Part shown: positions 63,274-64,000 of the stretch, piece after piece
Position numbering within the stretch: position 1 is the stretch's first letter
Layout: the number at the start of each line of letters is the position of its first letter
Assembly (NCBI GenBank): GCA_964188305.1
Contig: OZ076888.1
DNA from: Podarcis bocagei
Lineage: Eukaryota
Direction: 5' to 3' (one strand)
DNA length: 64,000 nt
The notes under the pieces: model-generated
Database searches by the model: none
Seen by the model: only the letters and a program-made list of their open reading frames with translations
What the model was told of the DNA's origin: nothing
Translations under genes and position numbers: made by a program

Positions 63274-63858
63274 GCTCCACCCATCTCCTTAGTTATGCAT
63301 TGGACAACCATTTAGGCCCGTTGGTGCCAATTATCCTAATGAAAGGGATTCTGCCAGGCTGAGCGCATATTGGCGATCCACTCTAGCACTCTCTGATGAT
63401 AAAAAGAGTCATGGAGATTATTCAGACTCCTACCATCTCATTGCAAGGTATTTGTCCTCTAAAAAGGTGTCCATAGCTTATCCCCAAGGGGGCAAACAAC
63501 AGCTTTAGTGAAAGAAAGGGGGATGTTCATTGGGAAAATGACAGAGAAGAAGAATTAAAGCCCTTTTCTTCAGCCGCAATCTCTCTCTGTGGCTGATATG
63601 GGTCAAAGCAAAAAGAAATAGGCAATTCAGTCAATGAATTTACTGATTACAATCAGCTCCCACTCAGCAGTTAGTCAATCTGAAAGTCAATAAAAGCTTG
63701 CAGCCCTAATAACTTAAGTTGAAACCACTATGTTCTATAGCTGATCTTTCTCTCAGCTTTTACTGTTTTTATTCATTGATTATATTATTAAGGAAAGACC
63801 AACACATTAAAATAACCACCCATACACACAAGTTGAAATTCTAATGAAACGATGGTAC

Positions 63859-63987
63859 CTTTGAAGTTTTTCTGCTGATGACGCCAAGTGTCCCTGAATT
63901 TCTGGAGAACATTTCCACCTTAGTCTCCTTGGAGCAGGAAGTTCACTCACTGAATCTGCTCTGACCAATTTCTTTGCACCTTCTTTC
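63859..63987 (-). CDS. CHAT: Choline O-acetyltransferase exon ([43 protein letters not shown])
   Basis: atcag|G ... AG|gtacc, 129 bp; [33 protein letters not shown] is ChAT sequence. Confidence 0.95.
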
Positions 63988-64000
63988 CTGATTTTTTTAA

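Overview
Eukaryotic (vertebrate) genomic DNA, inferred to be from a squamate and probably a lacertid lizard (Sauria SINEs, BovB, abundant young L2/L1/hAT/Tc-mariner elements). It holds the conserved amniote block OGDHL(+) / C10orf53(-) / CHAT(-). Present are the last 9 coding exons of OGDHL (1587-26314), the complete 3-exon C10orf53 CDS (38003-32306, 92 aa) and the last 6 coding exons of choline O-acetyltransferase (63987-45015). All exons were read by hand with GT-AG boundaries and consistent phases. Introns and intergenic DNA are dense in transposons, many with intact TIRs and TSDs and several nested. Main unusual observations: (1) a 340-bp, indel-free, ~93%-identical copy of C10orf53 exon 1 with an open frame, lying antisense inside an OGDHL intron exactly 18,600 bp from the parent; (2) the CHAT stop codon appears to be one copy of the TAA target-site duplication of a Harbinger-like MITE, which carries a nested hairpin hAT element; (3) a sense-oriented solo LTR with CCAAT/TATA/AATAAA in the last CHAT intron, plus two solo LTRs just upstream of C10orf53. 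No CRISPR, rRNA or tRNA genes and no convincing wholly novel protein-coding system were found.
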